From positions 13,395,958 to 13,459,957 of the forward strand of contig MU060767.1 in the NCBI GenBank assembly GCA_013265495.1: a stretch of 64,000 nucleotides of DNA, in the 5' to 3' direction. Shown piece by piece: positions 21,921 through 35,848 of this stretch. Below the pieces are notes generated by a model. That model searched no databases, was not told where the DNA came from, and saw only the letters and a list, made by a program, of their open reading frames with translations. Each line of letters opens with the position of its first letter. Within the stretch, counting starts at the first letter, position 1. A program made the translations under genes and the position numbers. This DNA comes from Vicugna vicugna. Its lineage: Eukaryota.

Positions 21921-24900
21921 CTGCAACGAGACAGAGAACAGTGGGGAGGCCCTGGTGAGAGCTGGGGTGGAGCGGTGTGGCCTTGTCTGGGAGGCAGGAT
22001 GAGATAGGACAAGGGATGGGGATGGAGGAGGCTGTGGGGCACTTCTCCAAGGTGGAGCAGCATCTTACATTCAAACCATGTGTGGCGGAGCATTCGCCTG
22101 GTCTGTGACGGTTCCAGTCTTTTCCCTCTGTGTTCACATTGGGTCTCCTGGGAGCCCTGGGTGGGTAGTGGCCACAGGCTACCGCTTTTGCTTTCTAGAT
22201 AAGCACACTGAGGCCAGCCAGGTCCGCCATCCACAACTCTCACCCTTGGTCTAAATCAGACCCACTGCTTGTGATACAGCAAGACAATAAAGTTTGACAG
22301 AAGAGCTCCCGGCAGGGTGGTGGCCCAGGGCATGCTGAGTGCAACGCCGGGTCTGCTCTCCTTCCTGGATGCTTTCTCTACTGAGAAGCCACCCAGCGGA
22401 GCTTGGACCATCTCTAGCAGTCCCCGTCCTTGGGTGTGCGGCCAGGAAAGGGGGGCATTGGTACCCCACAGGTGGGAAGTTTAAGGGGCTAACAGTGTGT
22501 ATAATACCACTTGAGGCCCCACTGCCCCCTGCACTTCCCTGGCTGTCCCTTCGAGCCTGGCTGGGACCTGGTGGGGGATCTGTGGGTGAGGTAAGGACAG
22601 CCTGCCCACCAGCTGCAGCCCAAACCCTGTTGCTCTGTCCTGCAGACAGCTTTCAGTTACCGTAACGCACGGACTAACAGACAGAACTGCCTGAAAGCCC
22701 ATCAAAGGAAGGCGTCTCGTTTTCCTCTGCTGATAGGATCTGGCCAGCATGGAAAAGATACAATCTGATGTTGAGGGTGTGGGACAAGCCCTCCCCTGCC
22801 CCACCCTGCTTGCCTCTGACGGCTGGGTGTGAGCCACAGAGCAGGCTGGGGCTTGGGCTGCTAGAAGGCCTCTGCAGCCAGATAAGCAAATGCGAGCGGT
22901 AAGGGGTAGGGACATCCCTGGGTGGGGGTCAGGACGGAGACCAGCTCTGGAGGCCCACAGGGCAAAGCCTCCTCAACCCTGCTGTTGGCTGGCCACCAAC
23001 GGAGTGAGGCCATCAAGTTACTGGCAGCTTACAGGCAAGACACAGCACCAGAGTGGACTCCATCTAGGACCCCCTGTCCAGAGATGGCCAGGTGAGGGCA
23101 CCGACAGAGGTGAAAAGTGGAAGGGACTGGGGGATGTCCAGTTCCTGCCTTCGCAGAGTCTGCCCGGCGCTCACTTAGAACTCACTTCAGATACTCAGAC
23201 AACCACCTGCATGCCCCCGGCCCCTCCAGCATGTTTGGTCCCCACAGGCCTTGGCACTTCATGGGGCTACCATGTTAGTGACCATTTGTCATCCATCTTG
23301 TTGTCTGAACTCAAACTGGATCTCTCTGGAGGTCCTGCAGAACTCAAACATTTCCCAAATTTAGACTGACTTTCCCTGGGGGACATCCAGCTCCCCATTA
23401 GACACAGCAGCAAGACTGACCACTCCTCGGGCCATGGCCCAAATCAGGCTCCAGTGGAGCCAGGTCCCTGGGGACCAGGAAAAGCTTTAGGGTCAGGTGT
23501 TCCCTCTGAGGGTGGCACTGGCCTGAGAGCACCTGCTGGAGCTTGCAGACTGCTGAGCCCCCTCCGGTCACCGCAATTTTCTAAAGACCTGAATTGGTCC
23601 CAAAGGGCCTGTGCTGAGGCTGGGAAAGGTCAGCAGTGGCTGCCAGGAGGGCGACAGCAGCTCGGCCGACAGGCACTGCCCTCCTTGGCCTGGGGCAGCA
23701 TGGGGCTGGGCCTTCCCCGCCTGTCCTGCCCTCCTGGACTCATGCCACCCTGCAGAGGGCACCTCTTCCATGGCTGGTTCCCCCTTCCTTGGTTCCCATC
23801 CTCCGAATGGTACACAGGACAGTCCTAGCAGCTGTGCAGGCCTGGCACTGGCCACTGTCTTCTCCATTCCCCTCCAAGCCCGCCCTACGCCGTGGGCATC
23901 ATTACTGTCTACTCTGGTGCCCGGATCAAAAATGAGGCACAGGTGGTTCACTTGCCCGAAGCTGCAGAGTCTGGCTCCAGAAGCTGCTTCAGCCTGTCTG
24001 CCTGCGGGGACTGTGCTCCTGACGTGTGTCGGCCCTGAGAGCCTGCCCCATCTCCCTGTCCGTGCACCCAGGGGAGGGCGGGAAGCTGGCAGGTCACATC
24101 AGGGAGGAGACGGGCTGCGCTCAGAACAAGCCAGTGGGCCCTCCTCCACCTCCACAGCCGACGCTGAGGGCAGACTCTCCCCAGTAGTGGAGAAGGGCGC
24201 AGGGGCCAGCATCTGTCTCTTCTGGAATCTGGCTGGGCTTGGAGACCCGTGTTGCTGTGGGAGCTGAACCCGAGCCCTGAGCTCTCACTGGGGCTGTCAG
24301 CAGGTGGGTTCCTGGCCCAGCCCACCTGTGATGCAGCCTCTCCTGCCAGCCCAGGGGCCTCTAGGCTTCCCAATCTCCAAGGAGATAAAGGCCAGGCTCC
24401 AGCCTCCCATCAGTGTTGCCCCAGCCTTTAGCAGCAGCCGCCCTCCCTCAGCAGCAGAGACAGCTCCACCACGGGAGGAGGGGGGGTGACACATTCCCCT
24501 GGAACCAGATGGGAAGGAAAAGCCCCAGAGGAGGTGGAAGAGAGGCAGGCGGGGATGGAGGCGGCTGGCAGAGAGTTGAGGTGGTTCGATTTGAGGAAAA
24601 GACCAGGTGTGGAGGAAGAGGGGGGTGGAGATGGGGGTGGAGAAGGGAGAGATGGGGCAGGGGTGGAATGTTCTGGGCACAGGCAGGGCCGCTGCTGCGG
24701 AGGTGGTCTGTCCCATGTGCCAAAGCAGGAGAGAGGCAGCCCAGGCCCCACTCACTGGTCACATGTCCACCCTTTCTAGTTCAGGCAACTTGCCGTGTGG
24801 CCGAGCAGTGGCCCAGGGCAGAGGTTAGGGGGGACCACTGGTGAGACTAGGGGAGGCAGGAGAGCAGAATGAAAAGGGACAGGGAAGCTGGGAGCCTGTC

Positions 24901-25138
24901 CTGCCACATCACTCCCGAGTCACCTGGTCACCATAATGGTCACTTGCATCAGCAGGGTCCATTTCCCACCATGACCAGGGCTATGCTCCCTGCCTTTCCC
25001 TCTGCACCTGCCAGACCCCTGCAGGGGCACCTGTACCCAGCCGGCACCCGCAGCCCGTTCCCTGAGCCTGTGGAGGAGACCCGGCAGGTCCCTGGCAGGG
25101 TCCAGCTTCCTCCCTCTCAGGGATGCCACCACACCCAC

Positions 25139-25292
25139 CTGTGTACTCAGGAAAGCAGATGGTCAGAGGTGACTTCTTNNNNNNNNNNNNNNNNNNNNNN
25201 NNNNNNNNNNNNNNNNNNNNNNNNNNNNNNNNNNNNNNNNNNNNNNNNNNNNNNNNNNNNNNNNNNNNNNNNNNNNNNNNNNNNNNNNNNNN
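25139..25292 (-). CDS. GNAO1: GNAO1 exon 7A (Go1). Only the last 40 nt (25139-25178: [13 protein letters not shown](G)) are visible; the rest lies in the N gap and the 5' boundary is predicted from a 154-nt exon length.
   Basis: Visible codons plus a G|GTGGGT donor. The gap 25179-25310 fits 114 nt of exon plus 18 nt of acceptor, and the sequence beyond the gap is a minus-strand polypyrimidine tract. Confidence 0.9.
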
Positions 25293-28239
25293 NNNNNNNN
25301 NNNNNNNNNNAGGGAGAGAGTCAGACAGACAGCGAGTGGGACAGACACGGAAAGAGAAGACAGTTAGGCATGAGAGGGAGGAACTGGGCTACTTGGCATC
25401 TCACGAGGGGCTCCTCTGAAGGCTGACAGAGAGAACCATCTAGCACAGCTTGATGCTTCAAGTTTCCAGTGTTCATTCTACACTCCCTGTCCCAGGGCCA
25501 GTGGCAGACACTGGAGTGGGAACCAGCTGGGTGAGGCTGAAGGCAGGGTGACCAAGCTCTCCCCTAGTCATGGGAGGGTCTCCCCACACGTGTGTGTTGG
25601 GGGTGCTGGATGGGAGCCTGAGAGCTGGGCTTCGGCCCTCCGTGTCCAGACCTTGCCTGTTGGACCCAACCTGTCCTCTGGGAGTACTGAGGGACTCCAG
25701 GTCACTCCTGTGGTCTGAGGAGAAGTCACGCCAGGCTCCTGCCGGCATCCTCAGGGGCCACCACTCCAGGGAGACACCCCTGCCCAGACTGCCTGCAGGA
25801 GGGCCTGGGGACTGGCCATGCCCCTCTGGCCAGGTTAAATTCAGCCACATCTGGCCCTGCAAGGAGTTTTAAAGTACTGCAGACGTAAAGAACTGCTTTG
25901 CACACGAGTCTATTGAGTAAATGAGTGAGTAGGACGGGCACTCCAAATAAAGCAGGCTCTGAGGGGGCAGCCTTCTGCCCTGGGCCAGGATGGACTTCTA
26001 CTGTGGGCTTCCAGCACATGCACCACTTCTTGGAGTCTGCTCTCTGTGAACGAACCCATTTCTGCCCAGGAAGGTGGCTCCCCTATGAAATATCTCTCTT
26101 GGGAAAGGGACAGCCATTCATTTCCCCCAAGAGCCCTATCCTAGCCCTGTGAACTTGTCTACCCCAAACCCAGCTCCGTGGGTCCACAGCTCAACCCCGG
26201 AAGTATTCCAGGCTACATGCTCCCTCTGAGGTAAGAAGACTGAAGCACGTCGTAGGACGGAGCAGAGAAGTGTTGTGGGCATCACTGGGCGTTATTTACT
26301 GAGATGAACAAGCGAATGGTGGTGCTGAGTAAACTGCTGTCCGGTCGTCTTCCTCCAGCTAAGCGGGAGCAGGAGCAAGATGGAGTGACTGCCACCAGTC
26401 ACCGAGCCCCAGTGTGCCAGCTCTTTACCCGCCTTGTGTCAGCTCCTCACCCGCCTTGTGTCATTTAACCTCACCAACTCATAGGGGACACTGAGAGGTG
26501 ACACAGCTGGGACCTGGGAGACCAGAGACCTACACTGGCTCTGGGCCAGACTAGAGCCCCTGCAGTGCACGGGGCTTCTCCAGCCGGTGTGAGTGGCCTG
26601 TGGGTGTTAGGGGAATAAATAACCAGAGGGTCATGGCTGACTTTGCGAGTCTTCGGTCATCTATCCCATGATCGTGCTGTTACACCAGTGACCGGGAAAG
26701 GGTATCAGCCCCAAACTCTTGTTCTTAAGGCCAGTTGGTGGAGGGGGCAGTTGGGGTTCTGAGCTGCCCCTTGGGAGCCCCTAGACAACCACACGGTTTT
26801 ACTCTGCCCTCTGGGTCTGTAGGAAATGGCATCGTCCTTTCGCTTTGCTGCACAAATTCAGCAAACCCAGATGATCTTACAACCTCCTAGCCTCAGCCAG
26901 TCAATTTCATTCTCAGTTCCCCCAAAGTCTGCTGCCGGTCACTGCACAGTCACACTCAGGGAGGCGCAAGACACATCTGCCTGGTGCCATCTCAATGGAA
27001 CCTGTTCAGAAAAAGCCACACAGAGGTTTCCTGGGAGGTCAAGCAAGTCCACGTGCAGGGCCTGGGCCAAGAACACCCAGGCTCCCTGGGCCACCTGCGA
27101 GCAGAGGAGAGCTGCTCTGGGCACTGTGGGTCCAGCAGGGAGGGCCCCATCAGCACACAGCACACCCCACCCTCCCTACAGCTGCCCAACCCAGAGCTGG
27201 AAGCCCACAGCCAGGGCCAGGTCCCTGCGCACTGCCCTGCTCTTTCAGCTTGGTCTACAGATGCTGGGGGACGTGGTAGGGACACATCTCTCGAGACAAG
27301 AAGGGGCCATCAGGGTGACCCGAGCTGAGAGTGGGGACTCTGCCCATTTGGCACGTGGGCTGGGCTGAAGGTCTGGAGACCAATGAGCTTAGGTCTGAAG
27401 GAAAAGTCCAGGCCAGCTGTCCAGGCTCCAGAGTTCCACTTGGCTAAGGCTCAGCCCCTCCACACCCCAGGGCTGCCGAGTGGGCGCTCTTCCCACCCAT
27501 ACCAGCTGGACATGTGTGCAGGGCCCTCTGCTGGGCTGCAGGGCCCGTGGGACGACCAGCACAGGCTCCTGCTCTCTCAGAGCTCACAGTCTAGGTGGGG
27601 AGAGACGACGCACACACATGAAGGAGGCCGGTTCCCGGCGGCGCAGAGCAGGGGTGGGGAGGCAGCGGACATTCCCTGCAGACAGACCCGGTTCCCAGGG
27701 GAGGAGGGGAGGGCCTCGGAGTGAGCCTGGAAAGACAGGCCAAGCCTAGAGATGCAGGGAGGGTGGTGGGGAGGGGAGCCGCTACAGGGAGGGGAGGCGC
27801 CGGCACTGAGACCCCCTCTGCACCCCGCAGGCCTGACTGCCATCCCGCCGCACCCACTGGAACCCATCACCAAGGAGCCAAGAGCCTGGTTTGTCCTTAC
27901 AAGCTTGCCTGGAGAACAGGGATGCTGGAACCCATTCAAAATGAGAGAAGCCACATCTGAGAAAAGAGAAGGGAGCCAAGGGCCACAGCCAGCCGACGGC
28001 ACCCACCCTTGCCCAACACCTTCCTTCTCCCTCAGTCCCCAGGAGGCCCCAGGCTTCAGCGGAGCAGTGGCGTGGCCTGCACAAAGGTGGGCTGGGCGCG
28101 GGACAGGCAGCCCCAGTCCCCACAGGGCGCGCCCCCTGTGCCAGACAGCCCCCAGTGCAGTCCGGCCCCAGGACATGTGGCATGGGGGTGCCTGGAGGAA
28201 GGAAGCTCCCTGGCACTGACACAACACACCACACTCATG

Positions 28240-31200
28240 CTAGGAGAAGCCGGCACTTTTTATTAACAGTGGGTGACTAATAAATGCATTACGGCAGCCG
28301 ATAAATTATCACAATGACTGGAGATTTATTAAACCAACAAGTCACTCTTACAAAATCACGGTTAATGTGGGGTGGGTGGCGGTGGGGGGGTGTTGGGGGT
28401 GGGACCGCTGCACCTAAGAGAGGAGATTTGCTAAGGACGGGGGGCCTGGGACCTGAGCCCACCTCTGCCAGGCACAGGGAGGGGAGCAGGCCAGCCAGGG
28501 CCACAGCCAGGTGGGGAGGAGGAGGGGCAGGGGATGCAGGGCTGAGGCAGAGAAGACCGGGAGGTGAAGGGCCTGGCTGCTCGGGAGGCAGTAGGAGCAG
28601 ACAGAGGGGGATGAGAGATGGGCTCTGCTGAGAAAGCATGTGGGTTCACGCCGGTGGTCTGGGCACACTGGGCCAGGGGAGGCCTTTCTGCCTCTGCCTC
28701 GACCAGCTCCTCCCTTGACAGGGGCCTTCATTGGGCTGAGGTGGGGACTATCGGGACCCCCTGGGCAAGAGGGTTCAGGACTCGCCTCACTGGGGGCAGG
28801 GAGTGGGTGGCAGCAGTTCACAACTTGGCCCTATTCCTGGTCTGGCCATTGTGTCTCACTGCCCTGGGCTGCTGGGACCCTTCACTCTGGAGGCTTATGA
28901 CTGTCAAAGGGCGGGTGTGTGGACCTTTGGCACCCTAGACTGAACCTCTGGTGGCCATGGAGCTGGAGCCTCAGGGCTTAGTTCCTGAGAACTGCCAGGT
29001 TACGCCTGAAGGCTTCCAGAAGGATCAGGGAAGAGCAGAGGCGGCCCAAAGAGGCCTTACACGCCAGATTTCTCAAAAGAGGGTACTTGGCAGGCCACTA
29101 CCTGGTCTGGAGACCAAGGCTCGAATTGTGGTGGATTTACTCACCAGGAGGGTTGAAGAGGGTGCTAGGTCAGACCAAAGGACAGGGGATGAGTCAGGAA
29201 GGATGCATGCTAGAGAAAAGGAAGAATCAGCCACTGGGGCAGAGACTGTCACCCTGTGAGGGGAGCGGTGGGTACCCTCCCTGTGCAGGACGCATCCTGG
29301 CAGGAGAGAAGGGCTTGGATGAGCTTGGGTGAGCTGACTCCTGGGTCTTCCCTGTTGGGGGTTTAAGGACAGCCTGATTATGGGGGCTCTGAGTAGGGAG
29401 GGCACTTGTGGCTGCTGGCTGGCCCCGGGGAGGCTCACTGATGTCCAGTGCAGTCGTGGAGGGCATGGCTGCCTCCAGGTCCCCTCAGTGGGGTGTGGAG
29501 CTGGACTTGGGGGAGAGGCTGGGAGGCAGAGCTGCCTCCTGGCAGCATACGTGGTGGCGGTCTTCTGCCTGGGCCCTGCCCACCGCCCCATGGTAGGAGC
29601 ATGTGGCCATGGGCCCTCAGGCTCTGCTAGGGCTAGAGGGGAGGGACAGGGACAGGGCACCAGGCATCCTGGGCTCTGTGGGAGGTGGCCATGGAACAGA
29701 ATGTCAAAACTGTTGGCCAGAGGCCCCAGCCTGGGCAGTCTGCACAGGGCTGGGGCAGACCCTACACCTTCCTCAGGCCAGAGCCCTTCCCTGGGCCTCA
29801 GGCACTGTCCCCTCCAGTCAGGCCGGGTCCTCTCTCAGTTCGTGGTGCGAAGGCCAATACCTGGCTCTTGTGAGGGCACAGAATCTGCCCACAGGCACCT
29901 AGATGGCAGGCACAATAGTCACGGGCTTGGCAACGGCACCCCTGATAGAAATCAGTTTCTCCTTGGCTTGATTTAGAGAATTTAAGCATGGCCCCTGTGG
30001 GGGACATACTGGGCCACTGTGGGGCACATACTGGGCCACTGTGGAATGAGAGACTCACCAATGTCTGGTCACTCGTAACATCTCTCCCACATCCACATCC
30101 ACGACGGAGCCAGAACTCATTTGTCCCCTCAGCCATCCCTCCCTGCAGCGAAGCCACCAGCGACGACGTGGACAGGAGACATGGCGGACAGGGAGGGAAT
30201 TTCGCCCCGGACACCTGCTCACTGGGGGCTTCTACCACAAGGCCAAGGACGCCCTGGGCGGGCCAGGGTCGGAGGGTGAGACAGAGCAAGAAACGGAGCA
30301 GGGCAGAGCATCCGAGAGAGAAAAGGCAGCACTGGGGACACAAGGGCAGGGAGACCCAAGCAGCACACTCCCAGCCCCCTAATGCTGCAGATGGTGGGGG
30401 GGGGGCTGGGGCCTGGAGTCCTCTCACCTGCCTGTCACCCTAGTCACTGTGGTTTGAGGGACTAAGCTGGGCGATGGAGAGCCCTGGGCCTGGAGAGCCA
30501 GGGACTCCCACCTCCAGGGCAAAGGCATTAGAGGTGGGGCTTGGCCAGCATCCCCTTCTTGTCAGCTGGTTTTGAATCTGGGGTCACTGGGCAGAGCTGG
30601 CCACACCCAGGGTGGTGGTGCCAGGAAAGAACGGCTATGTCTTCAGTGTTGAGCAAGATGAGCTGACTGGCCTGGGCTGCCCGTGCAGGACACTGAGGCT
30701 GCTGTCTCCAGGGCCTGTCCTCTGCCACAACCCAGCACCTGGTATGAGGTGCAGCACACACGAGGCAGACAAAACTGAAGTGGACTGGGCTGGCGGTGGG
30801 GCTCCTGCAGGCAGGCTGCCTTGTGATTTCCCACAAGGACAGGGGCAGCAGCAAGCGAGCCAGGTGGGGGATCGGACTCGCCCCAGGGGTGCCCATCCTT
30901 GCAGGCATTTGGCACTAGGGAACGTGCCCTGGGTCTCCCAAGCACCCAGAGCTCTGTGTCTGTTAGAAACAAGAAGCCCGAGCTGTTGGCCTGGGCTCCT
31001 TTGGCCGTGGGGCTGTCAGGGGCTGTGCTGGGAGTCCAGGGTTCCTGCCTGGTCCAGGACGGAACAGAGCCCAGAGTGGAGGTTGGAGGAGCAGAGGGTG
31101 TGAGGAGGGAGCCAGAGGCCTCTCAAGGGGCAGCTCCTCTCCTCCCATGGGTACATCTGGCAACCCAGGCAAAGCCTGCCATCCAAGCATACAGGGTCTG

Positions 31201-32626
31201 CCTGGGCTATTGGCTGGTGGCCTCAGCCAACTGGATGCGCCGAGGGGTGAGAAAGAGGTATGTTCATTGCCCGAGGCCAGTCAGGGCCTGGGCACCAGGA
31301 GGAGTTACCCAACCCCTTTCTAATCAGGGATTGCCGCAGCAAAGCCCCTCTAAGGGGTCTGACGACTCTGTCCAGAGGAGGGGCTGAGTAGGTGTTTGAG
31401 CCTGTGCCCCTCACAGCATACACTCCAGGGAGCTGGGCCCATCCATCTGCCCTCCTCTGCCCCCGGGGACTGGCAGGACCCCAAGGGCTATGGATAAACT
31501 ATGATTTCTTCACCAAGACAGAAGGAAGCTGGGACATTGGCTACAGGGGCGGTGTCCACACCTCCCCTGGGCCTCCCTGACTATAGAACCTGCAGTCCAA
31601 AGGCTTCCTGCCTGTCCCTGCTGGTCTGCACCGGATTCACTGTGAACTCAAGAAGGAAAAGCACATCTCACACTCCTGAGTGGCCACCTGGGACCTGGGT
31701 GATGGGAGAAGTAGACGGTCACCCTTGGGCCTGCAAAGACTGGGCACAAGGCCCCCATCCTAGTCAACACAAGAGCCACTTCCCCTCCATCTCCTGTCCG
31801 CACCCCCCACCGCCTTCTACCTCCTCCACCTCTGTCCAGGCACCACAGGACTCGACCCCTCCTACCATCTGCCACATGCTTTTGCCAGAAGTCAGTCTTA
31901 GAAACATTTCCAGACCTATGAGGAGTCAGGGATGGAGGTTCCCCAGGAGGGCCCTGGGGAGCCCCAAGGGTATGAAGGAAAGAAGGCCCAGAGAAGGAAG
32001 GGCTTGTGTCAAGGGGCCGAGATCCCAGGGCAGGAGGAAGGAGGCACTTGCCAAGGACAGAGCCCCCAGACCCACACAGAGCTGGCCTGGCCCCACCCTG
32101 GCTTTTGGTGACGGAGCTGCCCTCGACCAGAGAGACCCCCAGAAGAGCCGAACAGTGGCTCCCACTGCCCCACCCCTGCCAGCACCTTGTCCCAGGGCCA
32201 CCCCCACCACCTGCACAATCTCAAAAGACAGGAGAAGACCCTGGGACTCTGAGTACAAGTCACCAAGTGTTGGGCAAGCCCGTTCTGGGCTCAATGGCGG
32301 CCTTGGGCCCTACACCCCTCTCCCCGGTGGGGAAAACACTCAGAGATGAAGCAGAGGTCAGTGAACGGCGCGCAGACATGAGCCGCCCGACTAGGCGTGG
32401 CGCGGGCACTTGGCTCCCCGCCAGCCCCGTTACCACGTGTTCTGATGTCTGGGGCTGGGGCAGCCGTGAGGGTGCTTCCTCCTCCCCTCTCAGTGCCGGA
32501 CGCTGGTGCTTCTTTGTCAAGTGCAGAAAGTGGTCCAGGAAGTGGTGGAGCTCTGGTTCCAGGGCCGGGGGGCGAGGGGCAGCAGGCTGGGGAGGGCGGT
32601 GGGCGGCTGGGCGGCGAGGCCAAGGC
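28240..32626 (-). other. GNAO1: GNAO1 Go2-specific 3'UTR (~4.4 kb; end approximate)
   Basis: Runs from the 8B stop to the first strong poly(A) module before exon 7A. Continuity as one exon is inferred, not shown. Confidence 0.65.
28259..28264 (-). terminator. GNAO1: Poly(A) signal for the exon 8B (Go2) transcript; a second AATAAA lies at 28325-28330
   Basis: Plus-strand TTTATT = minus-strand AATAAA, followed on the minus strand by GU-rich GTGTGGTGTGTTGTGTC about 20-40 nt downstream. Confidence 0.8.
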
Positions 32627-32814
32627 TCAGTAGAGGCCACAGCCCCGAAGGTTTTTGGCGATGATGACGTCCGTCACGGCGTCAAAGACAAACTGGATGT
32701 TGTTGGTGTCGGTGGCACAGGTGACGTGGGTGTAGATCTCCTTGTGGGCTGACTTGTTCTTGCTCTCGTACTGGGCCTGGATATAAGCCACGGCTTCTGT
32801 GAAGGCACTGGGGC
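32627..32814 (-). CDS. GNAO1: GNAO1 exon 8B coding part (Go2 C-terminus): [62 protein letters not shown]
   Basis: CCACAG|GC acceptor; 188 nt to TGA; TCAT G5 motif; C-terminal CGLY (pertussis toxin cysteine). Confidence 0.97.
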
Positions 32815-34399
32815 CTGTGGGAGAGACCAAGTGCGGAGCTGGTGAGGTGAGGCCTCCGCCAAGGTGTCTGTTGGGCCACAGGCCAGGGAGCAGACACTGA
32901 GGGCCTCTCAGTGACAACCCTGCAGGAGACACCTAAAGCGGGGGAGGGAGGCAGGGAGCTTGACAGCTCAGCTCAGTCAATAGCAGGTCATGAAATCAAG
33001 TCAGTGGTGCACCTGCAGTTCCAACACAATGAAGGAAACGAGACCCAGCCTCACCGGGCCTCCTGCATTAAGGGTGGTACTGCTTTGAGAAACTCCTGTT
33101 TCATTTTATATGTGCAACTATGGGCTCCCAATGCAATGTTCTTTCTTCCTGTGGGTCCTGCCCAAAGAAGTCTGAACCAGCCCTCACACAGGTTCAGAAG
33201 TCGGCGCCAGCCCCTGGCTGACGATGCATGGCTGTCCTCTCCCGGCTATGACTCCGCAGAGAGGCAGAGACACCTACCTCCCAGGCCACCGCTGGGCAAG
33301 GTGGGTGGACACTGTGTGGCACCTGAGAGCTGCCTTGGCTGCCTTCCACCTTCCTCTCACTGCCCCCCCACCCCGCCCCCCTTCCCTCCTCCTCCTTCTT
33401 GTGTTCACCATCGGGGACTCAGAACTGTCTGGCTCGCCCCCTACGTACCTTCTTGACTGCCATACAGCTCTGTACCTGGGGGAGCCCAGGGAGAGGGGTT
33501 TCCAGGAGAGCAGCCGCTGTTTGGGGAGGAACACAACGGGACTCCTGGCTGCCACAACCGCTGAGGGAGGATGGGAGGGGCTACACTGTGGAGCCACAGG
33601 GCTAAGCAGGGTGGCTGTTGTGCAGACTGGAGGCCAGGGAGTGGCATGCCTGCAGGGGCAACCCAGCCCACCCCGGCATGTGGCACAGGCCAGCAGGGTC
33701 TACCAGACCACCAGGATTTAGCTCTTTCCTACATCTGCACTGGAGTTGAAAGAGACTGTTCCTGGGGCCTCGTCAGCACCAAATCAGCCTTGGTGACTCA
33801 CCCTGTCTGATTCGGCAGCCCCAGGGGCCATAGCCCAGGTCACCCAGGGTGGGATCCATAGACCCTCAACTTACATGTGACTAAGAGGAGGCTGACTGGC
33901 AGGCATGGGGGATGCAGAGCCCGCCCTACCTCTGGCTGCATGCTGCTGGGGGCCTGGCCCATGAGCAGTCAGCCTGATCTGGTGGTGGGGGGAGACAGAG
34001 TGAGCTTTGCCACTTGTCTGGCTCCAAGGACAGGCCCCAAGTCCACTCCTGGGGATGTGGGGCTCAGCCTGGCGGATCCCCTGGCAGGCCCACCTGCCCC
34101 TGTGCTCTCCAGGTGGGGCTGGTGCGGCCGGGGGTGCCCACCTCTGCCTTCACTCGCCTCTCTGACCAGGCACTTGGGCAATTCCAGCCATGCTGCTGCT
34201 GTGTGGGGGCCCCTGTCAGGCAGGTAAACCCATGGTAACACTAATGGGGCGGTCTCCATCATGCTCAATACCCTCCACAGGGAGGCCCTGGTCTCTGCTG
34301 CTTGCGAAGCTCTCTCACATCCAACAGGCCATTTGACTCTTGTAACTACCCGTGTGGGAGGTGCTGTCATGATATTTTTCAGTTATAATCACTTGTATA

Positions 34400-35510
<1,111 letters not shown>

Positions 35511-35814
35511 TCAGTTTCGCCAGCAGGGGTGGGAGGGTACACGCATTCATTTGGGAAACATTAACCGAGGACTAAGAGGTCCTCGAATTAATCCAGAGTT
35601 GGAAGCAGACACCTGGGGGACAGCGTCGGGGGGGTGATCTTGCTGTGGCCTTGGTGCGGCTGGAGATTGGGTGGGTTGGCTGGGCCATGGGGCAGTTCTG
35701 GCTGAGTTGCTTATTGGGGCTGGTTTCTCAATAGAGGGGCCAGGAGAACCCCAAGATGAAAGCCAGCAAAACAGATTAAAACAGAGAGGAAGATAAAAAC
35801 CCAGGAGAGAACAT

Positions 35815-35844
<30 letters not shown>
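35815..35844. repeat. (GA)n microsatellite, pure (GA)11 at 35815-35836
   Basis: Read directly from the sequence. Confidence 0.95.

Positions 35845-35848
<4 letters not shown>

Noticed and set aside
31501-32349. 282-aa plus-strand ORF, and the many 100-250 aa Pro/Gly/Ser-rich ORFs between 22 and 64 kb
   Set aside because: GC-rich sequence is depleted in stop codons. The ORFs are low complexity, many begin at non-ATG codons, and none has a recognisable homology or splice context.
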